Counted from the first letter of the stretch, positions 40,825 to 51,122 are shown. The stretch: DNA of 64,000 bases from an uncultured delta proteobacterium (GCA_963745035.1 CAVUVW010000008.1:1-64000), one strand, 5' to 3'. Translations and numbers: made by a program. Notes: a model not told the origin generated them from the letters alone.

Positions 40825-43111
40825 ATGGCGATGAAATCGACGGCTATCACTCGCAGGCAATTCATTAAGGGCACCGGCGCGCTGATCGTCAGCTTCAACA
40901 TCCTGCCTCCCGCCGGCAAAGTCTTTGCGCAGTTCGCCAAGCTCCCTTCCGGCGACATCGATCCGACCTCACTTGACTCGTGGCTGGCCATCACGCCTGA
41001 TGGTTTGGTGACTTTCTACACGAGCAAAGTCGAGCTGGGCACGGGCACAATTACCGCACTGGCGCAGATCGTCGCCGAAGAACTCGACGTGCCGGTCGCG
41101 AAAATCAAGATGGTTCAGGGCGACACCTCGACATCGATCGAGCAAGGCTCCACGGTCGGCAGCCGAACCATCGAGCGCGCCGGCCCGCAGGTCAGACAAG
41201 CGGCCGCCGCGGCGCGCCAGGAGCTGCTGAAGCTTGCCGCCTCGCGCCTGAACGCGCCGGCAGAGAAATTGACGGTTGTCGATGGCGTGGTGAGCGTCGC
41301 CGGCGATGCGGCGAAGAAAGTTTCTTACGGCGAGCTGATCGGCGGCAAGAAATTCAATACCAAAATCACCGCCACCGGCACCGGCTGGGACATGAAAGTC
41401 GCGCCGGAAGTCAAGGCGAAGGATCCCAAGCACTACAAAGTCGTCGGCCAATCGGTGCAGCGCATCGAGCTGCCCGCCAAAGTGACCGGCGAGCATGATT
41501 ACATTCATGACGTGCGGATTCCGGGTATGCTGCACGGCCGAGTCGTGAGACCGCCGGTGATCAATACCGAGCCCCTGAGCATCGATCACGATTCGATCAA
41601 GGGCATTCCCGGCGTCGTGATGATCGTGCGCGAAGGAAAGTTCGTCGGCGTTGTCGCCAAGACCGAATGGGCGGCGATCAAAGCGGCGCAGGCTCTCAAG
41701 GTGACTTGGTCGCAAGCCGACGAGCAAAGTGCCCGCAAATCCCGATGAGGTTTTTGCCTATCTGAAAAACACCAAGCCTGCGCGCACCCAGACTCCCGTA
41801 AACAAGGGCAACGCCGCCGAGGCCTTGAGTCAAGCGAAAAAGACTTATCAGGCGAGCTTATCGCTGGCCGTTTCAAATGCACGGCATGATCGGGCCGTCC
41901 TGCGCCATCGCGGACGTCGAAAGGTGATCAGGCGACAATCTGGTCAGGGCCGCAAGGTCCTTTCGGAACGCGGAGCACCGTCGCCGGCGCTGCTGCAAAT
42001 TCCGGAGCAAAACGTGCGCATCATCTATCACGAAGCCTCCGGCTCATACGGTCGCATGAGCACGGATGACGGCGCCGAAGATGCTGCGCTGCTTTCCCGC
42101 GCGGTCGGCGCTCCGGTCCGCGTGCAATGGTCGCGGCGACGATGAGCATGGCTGGGAACCGAAAGGCCCGGCGCAGCTCGACGAGGCGAAAGCTGCGGTG
42201 GACGGCGACGGCAAAATCACCGCCTGGGACTTTGTCGATTACGGACAACCGTGGACCGCTTCCAGCTCGACACTACTGCTCGCATCACGACAAATCGGGC
42301 TCACGCCAACCAATCCCGGCGGCAACAACGGCACCCAGAGCAGCGGAGAAATCTACAGCGTTGCAAATCACCGGATCGTCTGCAATTTGATCAACTGGCA
42401 TTTTCCGGAGCCAATCCCGCTGCGCACCGGCAACCTGCGCGCGCCGGGGGATACTCGCACGCTGCTTCGCCAGCGAATCGTTGATCGACGAGATCGCCGC
42501 CGACCTAAAAGTCGATCCTGTGGAATTCCGGCTTAAGAATCTGGCCGGCAACAAACGCGGCGATCGAATGCTTGCAGGCCGCTGCCGAAAAAGCCGGTTG
42601 GCAAAAACGACCTTCGCCCGCGCCTGTCGCCAGCGGCAACATAGCCAAAGGACGCGGCGTCGCGCTCACTCAACGCGCGAATACCTATGTGGCAGCGGTT
42701 GCGGAAGTTGAAGTCAACAAAACCACCGGCCAAGTCGCTGTGAAGCGCATCGTCTGCTCGCACGACTGCGGTCTCATGATCAATCCTGACGGCGTCAAGA
42801 ACCAGGTCGAAGGCAATGTCATTCAAGGCGTCAGCCGCGCGCTTTTCGAGGAAGTCACTTTCGATTCCAACGGCGCGTCACAAGCCTCGACTGGGCAAGT
42901 TATCCGATCCTGCGCTTTCCAGAATTACCGGAACTCGAAATCGTGCTCATCAACCGTCCGGAAATTGCCGCCGCTCGGCGCGGGCGAGGGTGCGACCATT
43001 CCGCCTGCCGCAGCTATCGCCAACGCGATCTACGACGCTGTCGGCGTTCGCTTAAGGGAAGGACCGTTTACACCAAAACGAGTCCTGGCGGCGATGCAGA
43101 AAAAAGCGTGA
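40825..43111 (+). CDS. Xanthine oxidase family molybdopterin-binding subunit (IorB-like), Tat signal; multiple frameshifts
   Basis: TRRQFIK; KVELGTG..TAL.QIVAEEL, GMLHGRVVRPP, LRAPG, HDCGLMINPDG..NQVEG, AIANAIYDAVGVRLR..PFTP. Confidence 0.82.
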
Positions 43112-43301
43112 CCTCGCGGGACCGGCAACTTTGCAGGCGAAGTTGCCGGTCCCCTTCATTCGCATTTCTTTGCGCTCTGAATGACACGTTTCAGTTCGGC
43201 GACTACCCGCCGCATTTTACCATCTTCCATTCTTACCCTTGCACCTTGATCCCCTTCGGTAATCTCGCCAGTATATTTACAGGCTTCAAAGGAGGCGATG
43301 A

Positions 43302-43694
43302 ATGCTTCAGGGCGGATGCTATTGCGGCGGGATTCGTTATGAGACTGACGGCACGCCGTTTCATGAGACCAACTGCCACTGCTCGATATGCCGCCGCACC
43401 ACCGGCGCTCCATTCGTGGCGTGGTTCAGCGTCGCCCGCTCTCAATTCCGCCTCGTCGCTGGTGAACCTGCTCGATTCAGGTCGACTGGCAAAGCAACGC
43501 GAACGTTTTGTCCCCGATGCGGCACACAGTTGATCTTCGAGCACGATGATATTCCGGAAGAGATCGGCATCACGATCTCCAGCTTGGATGAGCCAGAACG
43601 AGTGGTCCCGAAAGACCATACTTACACGAGCAGCAAGCTGAACTGGATCGAGTTGGCGGATTCGCTGCCTCAAAATTCCGAAAGTCGATCATAA
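43302..43694 (+). CDS. GFA (glutathione-dependent formaldehyde-activating / CENP-V) family protein
   Basis: GGCYCG.IRY, CHCSICRR, R.FCPRCGT. Confidence 0.92.
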   Translation: MLQGGCYCGGIRYETDGTPFHETNCHCSICRRTTGAPFVAWFSVARSQFRLVAGEPARFRSTGKATRTFCPRCGTQLIFEHDDIPEEIGITISSLDEPERVVPKDHTYTSSKLNWIELADSLPQNSESRS

Positions 43695-43747
43695 CTATCC
43701 GACGCCGAGTATGAATGTCACGTTAGGGAAGGCCAGGAGACCGCCTT

Positions 43748-44137
43748 ATGAATGAAGACGAGAAAAAGATTCGTGAAGTCATAGCGACGTGGATGCGCGC
43801 CACGGCAGAGGGCGATATGGATCGGGTTCTCAGCCTGATGGCGGAAGATGTCGTTTTTCTTATTGCTGGCCAGCCACCCATGCGCGGCCGCGAAGCCTTT
43901 GCCGCGGCGTCACGCGCGGCAGAAGGAAAATTCCACTTCGAGGGTAAACCCGACATCCAGGAAATAAACGTCGAAGGCAAGTACGCCTACTGCTGGAATC
44001 ATTTCACTGTGACGATCACGCCGTTGGAGGGTGGAGCGCCCAGTCAACGCGCGGGACACATCCTATCGATCTTTCGCAAAGAGCCGGACGGCCGCTGGGT
44101 TTTGTTTCGCGACGCCAATATGCTCACGGCAGTGTGA
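43748..44137 (+). CDS. NTF2-like (DUF4440/SgcJ) protein
   Basis: DE..IR.....W..A...GD, LMAEDVVFL, IFRKEPDGRW....DAN. Confidence 0.85.
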   Translation: MNEDEKKIREVIATWMRATAEGDMDRVLSLMAEDVVFLIAGQPPMRGREAFAAASRAAEGKFHFEGKPDIQEINVEGKYAYCWNHFTVTITPLEGGAPSQRAGHILSIFRKEPDGRWVLFRDANMLTAV

Positions 44138-44156
44138 ACCCATCGCACGCGATCCA

Positions 44157-45149
44157 TCACTCCATATAACCCTTTTCGCGATAGTACTTCTCCGCTCCCG
44201 GATGCAGCGGAAAATCTAGCGGTCCGGCCTCGGTATTCGTGCAGAGCTGTTTCATCAACGGTGTCTCTGCCGCGTCGTAGGGAATTTCTTCGCGAATTTT
44301 ATCGAGCACGCCGGCGATGTGATAAGCTAGCTCGTCGGGAAAATTCTTATGCACCACGATGGGCCAGCCGCTGAAGTCGACTACCGTGGTTGGTTCGTTG
44401 ATGCCGTCGATCCTGCCGTGATCCAGGCGCGCGCGATGGAAACCGTACTTCTCCAGCTGTTGCAGCACCGGCTCCGAGTACGACAGAAACTTCATGCCAT
44501 GCTCCACCGCGACATCGCCCCAGGAGTCCATTCCCTCATCGATGACCATATCGAGCTTGCCGGAGATGATTCCCTCGCGCCGCTGCGGATTGCTCGGCCG
44601 CACGACTTCGTCGACCTTACCGCCCCACTTGACGAAATGCTTTTGCGAGATGCCGTGCGCTTTCAGCAGAAACTTGATGGCGAAATCGACGCAGTCGTTG
44701 ACCGCGATCGACACCCTCATCTTTGGCTTCTTGGCGATCAACTCCTCCATGCTATTCACGCCCAGCCGCGGCGACACTGCGATCACCAAACGGTCCCACG
44801 ACGGAAACACCGCGAGCGCCCGCAGCGGACTCTTTTTCTGAAACGGACCTACCCCGCGCACGGCCATTGACGGGATAATCGACGGATTGAGCCAGACCAG
44901 ATCGAGCTTGCCGCTCGCCACGAGCTTGGCGCCGTTCAGTCCGCTGCACCACGCCGGGCTGACGCCGATGGTGAACGGATACGGCGGCCCTTTTCGTCCT
45001 TTACCTCCCGGCAGCTCCACCATCAGCCGAATCGCGCTGGTGAGCATCGTCGGCACGTCTTCGTAAAGTCCGGCGAGAATCTTCGTCGCGATCCGCGCGC
45101 GCATCAAGCTCGCGCTCATCGGTTTCACACTGCTGTCGTCGTAAGCCAC
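44157..45149 (-). CDS. TAXI-family solute-binding-fold protein lacking a signal peptide
   Basis: LRALAVFPS.D, VDFSGWP, PDELAY, FPLHPGAEKYYREKG. Confidence 0.75.
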   Translation of the reverse strand: MAYDDSSVKPMSASLMRARIATKILAGLYEDVPTMLTSAIRLMVELPGGKGRKGPPYPFTIGVSPAWCSGLNGAKLVASGKLDLVWLNPSIIPSMAVRGVGPFQKKSPLRALAVFPSWDRLVIAVSPRLGVNSMEELIAKKPKMRVSIAVNDCVDFAIKFLLKAHGISQKHFVKWGGKVDEVVRPSNPQRREGIISGKLDMVIDEGMDSWGDVAVEHGMKFLSYSEPVLQQLEKYGFHRARLDHGRIDGINEPTTVVDFSGWPIVVHKNFPDELAYHIAGVLDKIREEIPYDAAETPLMKQLCTNTEAGPLDFPLHPGAEKYYREKGYME

Positions 45150-45458
45150 AACACCTCTCCTTCACTGAAATTAATGATCACGAACTATTCTGAATCTTCT
45201 GAGCTGTCAACCAACAACACATTTTGGATTTTCTTTGATTTTGGATGGCGGGCAACGATTTCCTTTCCTATGTACTGTGGAAAGGCTATAACCAGGAAAC
45301 TGTTTTGCGGCTATCGCCGCAGAGCCGTAACCAACGTCACAAAAGCGCGCTTCACCACGAAGCACACGAAGAGCACGAAGTTCGGTTATTTCTTATCCAA
45401 ACCCTTCGTGCCCTTCGTGCCCTTCGTAGTGAATTCATCTGGCCTTAAGGAGATATAC

Positions 45459-46670
45459 ATCATTCGTATTTTCCACTCCCTGCGTTACCGCGATTATGCG
45501 CTCTTCTGGGGCACGGATCTGCTCGGTTCCATCGGCCACTTCGTCCAGGAGGTGGCGCTTTTCTGGATCACCTATGAAATCACCGGCTCGGCAATGGCGT
45601 TGGGACTTTTGGGCCTCAGCAGTGCGGCGCCCCGTCTGCTCCTCGGCGCCCTCAGCGGCGTATTGGTGGACCGCTATGATCGCAAGCTGCTGTTGATCCT
45701 GGTGCAATTCGTCTCCGCCATTCCCATAGCCATTTTCCTCGCGATCTATGTTTTCGGCGCTCTCGCGTTCTGGCACCTTCTGGTGCTGGAGATTCTCTTC
45801 GGCTCCATCCGCGCGATCAATCCTTCGGCGGCGCAGTCGATCCTCGCGGAACTGGTGCCGCGGGAAGATCTGATGAACGCCGTCTCGCTCTACACCGTCG
45901 GCTTCAACATCGCCCGCATTGCTGGGCCGTCCCTCGGCGGCGTCCTGATCCTGTGGATCGGCATCGGCGGCTGCTACGCGCTATTCGCGGTCACCCTGTT
46001 GGTCTCAGGCGTGGGAATGCTGTTCATTCGCACGAATAAGGAACAATCGATAAGGCCCGAAGAAAACTTCTTCCGCGAGTTCAAGGAAGGCTTTCATTAT
46101 GTTTGGCATGCGCCCGTGATTTTAAGCAGTATCGTCGCCGCTTACACCTTCGCCGTGTTCATCGTCACCTATCAAAGCTTTCTTCCGGTTTTCGCCAAGG
46201 AGGTGCTGCAGGTGGGTCCGGAGGGACTGGGCATATTGATGGCCGCGCCGGGATTGGGAGGCATCGCTTCATTGAGTTTTCTTGCTTCCATGGGTGAACG
46301 CTGGAACCGCGCCATGCTGTTGTGGTTCATGACCACGACGACGCCGATTTTTCTCATGCTCTTTTGCGTCTCGCCGATCTTCTGGCTCTCTGTCGTGCTC
46401 CTGGCGCTTGTGGGCGCCGGTCAGGTAAGTTTCCGCACCATCAGCCGCGTGATCATCCAGATCGAAGCACCGCGCAATCTTATGGGCCGGGTGATGAGCG
46501 TGTTCAATCTCGATCAAGGCATGCGCGCCATCGGTTCCATCGTGCTGGGCGCTTCCGCAACGTTCTTCGGCGCCTCTTTAGGCCTCGCTCTCACCGCCGC
46601 GATTTCCTTGACGGTAACGACGACTCTTTTCTATCGCTTGCTGGGAAAACGTGAATCACAAGCGCAATGA
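45459..46670 (+). CDS. MFS transporter (apparent ATC start)
   Basis: FHSLRYRDYALFW, GVLVDRYDRK, NAVSL....FNIARIAGPSLGG, MGRVMS; AAGGAG 6 nt upstream of the in-frame ATC. Confidence 0.85.
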   Translation: MIRIFHSLRYRDYALFWGTDLLGSIGHFVQEVALFWITYEITGSAMALGLLGLSSAAPRLLLGALSGVLVDRYDRKLLLILVQFVSAIPIAIFLAIYVFGALAFWHLLVLEILFGSIRAINPSAAQSILAELVPREDLMNAVSLYTVGFNIARIAGPSLGGVLILWIGIGGCYALFAVTLLVSGVGMLFIRTNKEQSIRPEENFFREFKEGFHYVWHAPVILSSIVAAYTFAVFIVTYQSFLPVFAKEVLQVGPEGLGILMAAPGLGGIASLSFLASMGERWNRAMLLWFMTTTTPIFLMLFCVSPIFWLSVVLLALVGAGQVSFRTISRVIIQIEAPRNLMGRVMSVFNLDQGMRAIGSIVLGASATFFGASLGLALTAAISLTVTTTLFYRLLGKRESQAQ

Positions 46671-46925
46671 AGAACCGCAGAGGCACAGAGATCGCAGAGT
46701 TCGCAAATTATCGATGAACCAACCTATACCGGCGTGCTCTAGGTCTCGGCAGTGAATTTCTGGACAACCATCCTCTATCCTCAATCGTCCATCCTCGACC
46801 CAATTCCCTTCTTGCGCCCCATCACTCCAATACTCCAAAACTCCATCACTCCATCAGGCTCAACCTTGTCTTTCCCGCGCCTCCGCATGTATAGCCAAGA
46901 CAAATCTTTCCGCAGAGGTGATTTC

Positions 46926-47937
46926 ATGCAGCTTCCGCCCATCGCCGCCACCACCATCGGCAGTTTTCCTCGTCCCAGTTGGCTCGCGCAGAACGAACGA
47001 AGCCGCGCGGTATTTCGCCTTGAAGGCGCCGCGCTCAAAGAGGCGCAGGATGACGCTACGGCGCTGAGTATCCACACGCAGGAGCGGATCGGCTTGGATC
47101 TCTTGTCCGACGGCGAACAGCGCCGCACAGGTTTTATCAATCATATTCTCGCCGCCTTCGACGGCATCGATCTCGAACATGAAGCGGTGAAGCAAATCTA
47201 TCGCCGCCGCGAGCAGCCGCGCCCGGTGCCGCGCGTGGTCGGCAAAATAAAAAGGCGCGCGCCTGCCATCGTCGAAGATCTGCGGTTCGCCAAAGCGCAG
47301 ACCGGAAAACCGATCAAAATGGACGTGCCGGGCCCGATGACAGTCGTCGACAGCACGCTCGACGAGCATTACAAGGACGAGGCTACCTTAGCGATGGACG
47401 TCGCGGCGGCACTGAACGAAGAGCTGCGCGATCTACAGGCCGCAGGGTGCGACGTGCTGGAGATCGATGAACCCGCCATGACCCGCTACCACGAGAAAGT
47501 TTTCGCCTACGGCGCCAAAGCCCTCGATCGCTGCCTCGAAGGCATCCATGTTCCGACCGTGGTGCATCTCTGCTACGGCTATCCGGGCGGCGCCGGAACC
47601 CAGCACGAATACGAATATCCCGAACTTCTCGCTGAATTGATGAAGACAAAGATCGGCGGTTTCGGCGTCGAATTCGCGCGCAGCAACTACGATCCTGCCG
47701 TGCTTGGCGCATGCAAAGGCCGCATCGTCATGTTCGGCTGCGTAGATCCTAGCGACACGCCGGTGCCGCCCGTCGCCAAAGTCGTCGAGCGCGTGCGCAC
47801 GGCACTAAAATACATCGAACCCAACAATCTGTGGCTCGCGCCCGACTGCGGCTTGATGACCGATCAGCCGAGAGTTGGCGAACGCGAAAGCGAAGTTGCT
47901 CGTCGAAGTCGCAAAGGAAGTCCGAAAGACCCTCTAG
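46926..47937 (+). CDS. Cobalamin-independent methionine synthase II (MetE C-terminal-domain-like) protein; frameshift near 47862
   Basis: TTIGSFPRP, SDGEQRR, IDEP, HLCYG, VEF, PDCG zinc motifs; shifted frame gives ISRELANAKAKLLVE...TL*. Confidence 0.85.
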
Positions 47938-47967
47938 AGTTACACACTATGAGCGTTGCTCCATCGA

Positions 47968-48073
47968 TGTCATCCTGAGCGCGAGGCGAAGGATCTGCTT
48001 TTTCCTAACGACGACATGTCACATCGCTGCGGCAAAAGCAGATTCTTCGTCGCAAGCGCTCCTCAGAATGACA
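47968..48073. repeat. Palindromic repeat TGTCATCCTGAG...CTCAGAATGACA
   Basis: Terminal inverted repeat plus an inner GATCTGCTTTT / AAAAGCAGATT stem; relative at 872-1104. Confidence 0.7.
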
Positions 48074-48123
48074 CCGGTAAGAACAACTTCGGTAGACGAC
48101 CACGCAAAGTGAGCAACACATCC

Positions 48124-49143
48124 ATGACCAAACAACGCTACAACGCCAAGATCCAACGCGCCAAAGGCTTGCTCGAAATCGCCGCGGCCATGTACGAGAC
48201 TTCACTTTCGTTTCAGACGACGCGAGCCGCAGAAAAAGTGCTGCAAACCGAGTCGCGCATCGGCCACGAACTGGAATTCAAACTACTTGCCGAAAATCGC
48301 GACGGCTCCAACAGCGTGCCTCTCTCCTTTGCCGCCGACAGCTTCGCCGAGCTGAAGGGAGTCGCAGACGGCAAGTACACGCTGGCCTGGGTCAATCCCA
48401 CCGCTGCCGCAACGCTCGCCTACCGCGGCACCGGGCCGTTTAAGAGAAAACTTCCTTTGCGCGTGATCGCGACCTTTCCTTCCTATGACGTCATGGGCTT
48501 CGCCGTGCACAAGTCTACCGGCATTACGTCCTTTTCACAGATTGCTAAAGAACGCTTTCCGCTGCGCCTCTCAACCAATGTCACCTCGAAAGAGATGATC
48601 ACCGCCAGCCCCACTATGTTTACGGTCACCGCGGTGATGAAGGCTGCCGGTTTTACTCTTCCGGATCTAAAGAAATGGGGCGGCAAAGTGATCTCCGTTC
48701 CCCGGCCAAGCCATCCCGACCGGCGCGACGCAATTCAAAACGGCGCGGTCAATGCGGTCTTCGACGAAGGCATCAAAAGTTGGGGACAAACGGCGATCGA
48801 CAGTGGTTTCATCTATTTGCCGATCGAAGGTCAGGTTTTGCGCCGTCTCGCGGCAATGGGCTATCAGACTTCGGTGGTGCCAAGATCGCGCTTCAAAGGC
48901 ATGACCAGCGATGTTCCGACCGTCGACTTCAGCGGCTGGCCGATGGTCGTGCGCGCCGATTTGCCCAATGATGTCGCCTATGCGCTCTGCGAAGCGATCG
49001 AAAAGCGCCGCAAGCTGATCCCGAGCGACAATTTCAAACCGATCAGCATGCGCCAGCTCTGCGCCAATGACGAAGAGGCTCCGTTCAACGTGCCGCTGCA
49101 TCCGGGCGCCAAGCGCTTCTACCGTGAGCGCGGATATTTGTAG
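48124..49143 (+). CDS. TAXI-family solute-binding-fold protein lacking a signal peptide (paralog of 44157-45149)
   Basis: LAWVNP, GTGPF, LRVIATFPSYD, FDEGI.SW, VDFSGWP, PLHPGAKRFYRERG. Confidence 0.75.
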   Translation: MTKQRYNAKIQRAKGLLEIAAAMYETSLSFQTTRAAEKVLQTESRIGHELEFKLLAENRDGSNSVPLSFAADSFAELKGVADGKYTLAWVNPTAAATLAYRGTGPFKRKLPLRVIATFPSYDVMGFAVHKSTGITSFSQIAKERFPLRLSTNVTSKEMITASPTMFTVTAVMKAAGFTLPDLKKWGGKVISVPRPSHPDRRDAIQNGAVNAVFDEGIKSWGQTAIDSGFIYLPIEGQVLRRLAAMGYQTSVVPRSRFKGMTSDVPTVDFSGWPMVVRADLPNDVAYALCEAIEKRRKLIPSDNFKPISMRQLCANDEEAPFNVPLHPGAKRFYRERGYL

Positions 49144-49167
49144 TGAGCTAAGCTTTCAGGCGCACCC

Positions 49168-49431
49168 ATGCCGACCCGGAAAGTGAAAAAGACGCGCGCC
49201 AAACGCCCACCCTCGTGCCCCGAATGTGGCGGCACAATGATCATTCCCGTGCTGCACGGTATCATCACTCCGGATATTCAGAAATCCATAGATGCCGGCG
49301 AAGCGATCCACGCCGACCGAGAAGAGTGGGAAGGCATTACCGAGTGGTATTGCAAATCCTGCGGCTGCGACTGGGGCCGCCACTCGCGGCGTTTCAAAAA
49401 AACCGGCGGCGTCAATGCCACCAAGGCGTAA
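49168..49431 (+). CDS. Small zinc-ribbon protein
   Basis: CPECG...IPVLHG...WYCKSCG..W. Confidence 0.65.
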   Translation: MPTRKVKKTRAKRPPSCPECGGTMIIPVLHGIITPDIQKSIDAGEAIHADREEWEGITEWYCKSCGCDWGRHSRRFKKTGGVNATKA

Positions 49432-49489
49432 CGCCACTGTAACCATTCTGTGGAAATAGTCTAAAGACGGCGGCTAATGGGAGATCTCC

Positions 49490-50248
49490 GTGGCCACTAC
49501 CGAATCGAATCCGTTGCCTGCGCTTCCCGAGCAAGTTTCTCGGGTGCTCAACGAATTCATTGATGAGGCGCAAGCGGCCTTCGCCGCCGATCTGAAATCG
49601 ATCGTGCTTTTCGGCAGCGCGGCCGAGGGGCGGCTCCGCGCCACATCCGACGTAAATCTCCTGCTCGTTCTCGGCAGATTTGATCCGGCCCGCGCCGAAG
49701 CGCTGCGTAGTCCGCTACGCGTCGCCCAGGCGGCGATACGTTTGAGCCCGATGTTCGTCCTGGAAGCTGAATTGTCGTCTGCGATCACAGCCTTTGCCGA
49801 AAAGTTTTCCGACATTTTACGCCGGCGCAAAGTCTTATATGGAGAAGACCCCTTCGTCGGCATAGAGATTCCCCGCGCGATATTGGCGGCGCGACTCGAG
49901 CAAGTGCTGCTGAACCTTATTCTTCGTCTGCGCGAAGCGTATGTCATGCGCGGACTACGAGAAGAACAACTTGCGATCGCCATCGCCGAGGCTGCGGGTC
50001 CGCTCCGCTCCTGCGCCGCCATGCTCCTAGAGCTGGAAGGACAAGGCGAAAATTCACCGCGAGCAGCTCTGGAAAAGTACGTGAAATCAACCGGCGAAGC
50101 GGCCTGGCTTGAATCCCTGCCCCGCATGTCTGAAGCACGCGAGCAACGTGTGCTGCCCGCCGGCGTCAGTGGTCCGGTGCTATTGAGATTGATCGATGTC
50201 GCGAGATCGATCGAAAACCGTCTTCAGAAACTCAGAGGGGCGGAATGA
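49490..50248 (+). CDS. Nucleotidyltransferase-domain protein (Pol beta fold) with helical C-terminal domain
   Basis: SIVLFGSAAEG.....SDVNLLLV; VLYGEDP. Confidence 0.8.
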   Translation: MATTESNPLPALPEQVSRVLNEFIDEAQAAFAADLKSIVLFGSAAEGRLRATSDVNLLLVLGRFDPARAEALRSPLRVAQAAIRLSPMFVLEAELSSAITAFAEKFSDILRRRKVLYGEDPFVGIEIPRAILAARLEQVLLNLILRLREAYVMRGLREEQLAIAIAEAAGPLRSCAAMLLELEGQGENSPRAALEKYVKSTGEAAWLESLPRMSEAREQRVLPAGVSGPVLLRLIDVARSIENRLQKLRGAE

Positions 50249-51120
50249 TCAATCCTTTCGATCTTTCGGGTCCGGATTTTTTGATTTTCTATGGCTTATT
50301 GGGAATGCTGGTTCTTGGCGGACTGTTCGTCGTTGGGCGTTTGAGCGAATCGGGCACCGTGCCGAGACTCGACTACTCGGACCCGTATCTCCTGGCTTAC
50401 CTTCGAGGCGGAGAAGCGGAGGTGATCCGTGTCGCCGCCGCATCGCTCGCGGACCGCGGCCTTTTGCGAGTCGATAACAATCGCCTTTCCGCCGCCAATG
50501 CCACCGCACCGAGTCTCGTTCGAAGGCCGATCGAAAGCGCTATCCTTCAGCGCTTGACTATCCCGACAGACTTCACATCACTTTTTGACAGCACGACGCT
50601 GCGGGAGGCGTGCAAGGAATACAAAGATAAGCTCGAACAACTGCGTTTGCTGCCGGACCAAAAGCTTGCGGGCGTACGGTTGAACCGACTGCTGATCACG
50701 CTGGCTATCCTGGGCGGTGTTGCATTGATTAAGATCGCCGTTGCTGTCACGCGCGGACGGCACAACATCTGGTTTTTGGTTGCCATGACTGTCGCCTTCT
50801 CTTTTATCGCCGTTCGAATTTACAATCCTTTCAGGACAACCCGGGGAGATGCGCTACTCGCTGATCTAAGAACGCTCTTCGCGCCGTTGAAGAAGCGCGC
50901 TGCGATGATCAATCCGGGAGGCGCCACCGGCGAGGCGGCTTTGCTGATGGCGGTATTTGGTCTCGGCACTCTGTCAATAAACGAGTTCCCGTTCATCAGC
51001 CTTTTCCGTGAGAAAATATCCAGCAGCACCGGTGGTGGATGCGGCTCATCCTACTCCTCGTGTAGCGGCGGTAGCTGCGGCGGAGGAGGTGGGTGCGGCG
51101 GCTGCGGGGGTGGGAGCTAA
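50245..51120 (+). CDS. TIGR04222-type membrane protein with Cys/Gly-rich C-terminal tail
   Basis: NPFDLSGPDFL.FY, DPYLLAYLRGG...V...A...L..RGL, RTTRG..L, A.FGL; tail GGGCGSSYSSCSGGSCGGGGGCGGCGGGS. Confidence 0.8.
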   Translation: MINPFDLSGPDFLIFYGLLGMLVLGGLFVVGRLSESGTVPRLDYSDPYLLAYLRGGEAEVIRVAAASLADRGLLRVDNNRLSAANATAPSLVRRPIESAILQRLTIPTDFTSLFDSTTLREACKEYKDKLEQLRLLPDQKLAGVRLNRLLITLAILGGVALIKIAVAVTRGRHNIWFLVAMTVAFSFIAVRIYNPFRTTRGDALLADLRTLFAPLKKRAAMINPGGATGEAALLMAVFGLGTLSINEFPFISLFREKISSSTGGGCGSSYSSCSGGSCGGGGGCGGCGGGS

Positions 51121-51122
51121 AG

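Noticed and set aside
39579-40994. 471-aa minus-strand ORF and similar long shadow ORFs (2542-3696, 16876-18063, 30749-31705, 60674-61648)
   Set aside because: Antisense to well-supported genes; expected in high-GC DNA; no recognisable motifs
40825-43111. Programmed frameshifting or a true pseudogene in the IorB-like gene
   Set aside because: Many scattered shifts without slippery-site/stimulator structure, and the same pattern occurs window-wide; assembly error is more likely
45446-45460. AAGGAGATATACAT matches the pET/T7 gene 10 RBS, suggesting vector contamination
   Set aside because: Only about 14 nt match; no T7 promoter, lac operator or cloning sites; flanks are native
49168-49431. 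Zn-ribbon protein as the MNIO precursor peptide
   Set aside because: Paired CxxC motifs indicate a folded zinc ribbon; no leader/core layout; not translationally coupled to the operon, though not fully excluded
49490-50248. MNT-HEPN toxin-antitoxin or CBASS-type cyclase
   Set aside because: No separate HEPN toxin with an RxxxxH motif and no Cap effectors; DxN motif; coupled instead to the TIGR04222 gene
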